Assembly: GCA_041941365.1 (NCBI GenBank)
Contig: JBGTQK010000003.1
Coordinates: forward strand, 7,772 to 71,771
DNA from: Cellvibrionales bacterium
GTDB taxonomy: Bacteria > Pseudomonadota > Gammaproteobacteria > Pseudomonadales > UBA7434
Direction of reading: 5' to 3'
DNA length: 64,000 bases
The stretch's first letter is position 1; each line of letters opens with the position of its first letter. The notes beneath the pieces are model-generated. The model saw nothing but the letters and a program-made list of their open reading frames with translations, ran no database searches and was not told where the DNA came from. This document shows, piece after piece, positions 61,390 through 64,000 of this stretch. The position numbers and the translations under genes are program-made.

Positions 61390-62403
61390 ATGTCTGTGGT
61401 TGTAGAGTTAAAGCCCGCTCAGGGTGTTTCGCATTTGGAGAGCATGCTTAAAGCGGCAGGCGATTCCCTGCGTTTAGGGGTTTTGCAGGTGATGCGTTAT
61501 GACTCATATGGGGTGTTGGAGCTTTGCGAATTGTTCCAGATTAAACAACCGGCAATGAGCCATCATTTAAAAGTGCTGGCAAATGCTGGATTGGTGACGA
61601 CGAGGCGTCAGGGTAATGCCATTTTTTACCGACGTGTTTTGCCGGCCAGTACTTTTGATGAAGCATTAGTGAGTCAATTGTTTGATTCGCTTGATGCGCA
61701 ACCGCTGGATGAAAAGCTGAAAGCAGCAGTTGCCAAAACCCAGGAGCAACGTAGTGAAGCTTCTCTAAGTTTTTTTAAAGAGCATAGTGAGCAGTTTAAA
61801 GCCAAGCAGGACCTGATTTCGCCGGTAAATGTTTACCGTGATACGTTGAATGAAATTGTCGATACATTACTAAGTACCTTAAGTAATAAGCAGGCGGTTG
61901 AAATTGGTCCGGGTGATGGCAGTTATTTACCGGATTTAGCTCGGCGTTTTGAGCATGTGATTGCGCTGGATAACGCTGAACCTATGTTGGAGCGTTGCCG
62001 GCGTGCAGCAACAAAAAAGAATCTGGACAATATTGGTTTTATTCATGGCAATACTGACGATCTAGTTGAGCTGGCTGTACAGTTAGGGATGGGAAGTTCT
62101 GTTTCTGCGCGTAGAGCAAACTGCATTATTGCAAATATGGTATTGCATCATAATGTAGAACCGCAGCATATATTTTACGATGTTGCCAGGTTACTCTCGG
62201 ATAACGGTGTTTTTGTGGTTTCCGAGCTTTGTCAGCACGATCAGGAGTGGGTACGCGAAGCGGCGGGTGATATTTGGCTTGGGTTTAATGAAAAAAACCT
62301 GAGTAACTGGGCTGAGCAGGCGGGTCTAACAAGAAAATTGAGTAGTTATACAGCATTAAAGAATGGTTTCAGAATACAGATACATGCTTACACCAAGCAG
62401 TAA
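61390..62403 (+). CDS. sahR: ArsR-family wHTH fused to a SAM-methyltransferase-like domain (SahR-type regulator of the methyl cycle)
   Basis: The N-terminal ArsR HTH (LRLGVLQVM...ELCELFQIKQPAMSHHLKVLANAGLV) is joined to a class I methyltransferase fold (VEIGPGDG). It sits immediately upstream of metK-ahcY, which is the context described for SahR. Confidence 0.65.
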   Translation: MSVVVELKPAQGVSHLESMLKAAGDSLRLGVLQVMRYDSYGVLELCELFQIKQPAMSHHLKVLANAGLVTTRRQGNAIFYRRVLPASTFDEALVSQLFDSLDAQPLDEKLKAAVAKTQEQRSEASLSFFKEHSEQFKAKQDLISPVNVYRDTLNEIVDTLLSTLSNKQAVEIGPGDGSYLPDLARRFEHVIALDNAEPMLERCRRAATKKNLDNIGFIHGNTDDLVELAVQLGMGSSVSARRANCIIANMVLHHNVEPQHIFYDVARLLSDNGVFVVSELCQHDQEWVREAAGDIWLGFNEKNLSNWAEQAGLTRKLSSYTALKNGFRIQIHAYTKQ

Positions 62404-62451
62404 ATTGATTATTACCGTAACACAACCAATAAACGGGGTATTGCAAACTTT

Positions 62452-64000
<1,549 letters not shown>

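Overview
This window is mostly housekeeping chromosome from an AT-rich gammaproteobacterium (about 40% GC by eye, not computed). Gene order mixes enteric and Pseudomonas/Oceanospirillales synteny: cpdA-yqiA-parE; rpoH-ftsXEY / rsmD-coaD; mutM-rpmGB-radC / coaBC-algC-argB-slmA; pyrE / crc-like / rph / yicC-gmk-rpoZ-spoT-ridA; tonB3-like-gshB / pilGHIJ-chpA-chpC; trmH; and sahR-like-metK-ahcY at the right edge. I found no rRNA, tRNA, CRISPR array, transposase, integrase or recognisable defence or toxin genes. The only accessory-looking stretch is about 50.4-61.2 kb, which carries secreted hypotheticals, HopJ-family, DUF1761 and DUF2809 genes, an ECF42-type sigma with a YciI-like partner, and a MarR/hotdog/hydrolase cluster. 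I see no convincing case for a wholly new multi-gene system. The best leads are: (1) a Pil-Chp twitching chemosensory cluster that lacks pilK and chpB, has a PilG with a long acidic tail, and is preceded by an unusual signal-peptide chalcone-isomerase-like/TonB_C protein; (2) an AlgC with a 370-aa two-TM sensor-like N-terminal extension, in a locus where dut is missing; (3) a 710-bp ORF-free AT-rich spacer upstream of slmA; (4) a DUF2809 gene with an in-frame TGA where a conserved Trp is expected; (5) a secreted protein with a VPxPA-CTERM-like sorting tail; (6) a small Cys-rich protein with a prepilin-like leader. All calls come from reading the supplied translations and the DNA by eye. No database searches were run.
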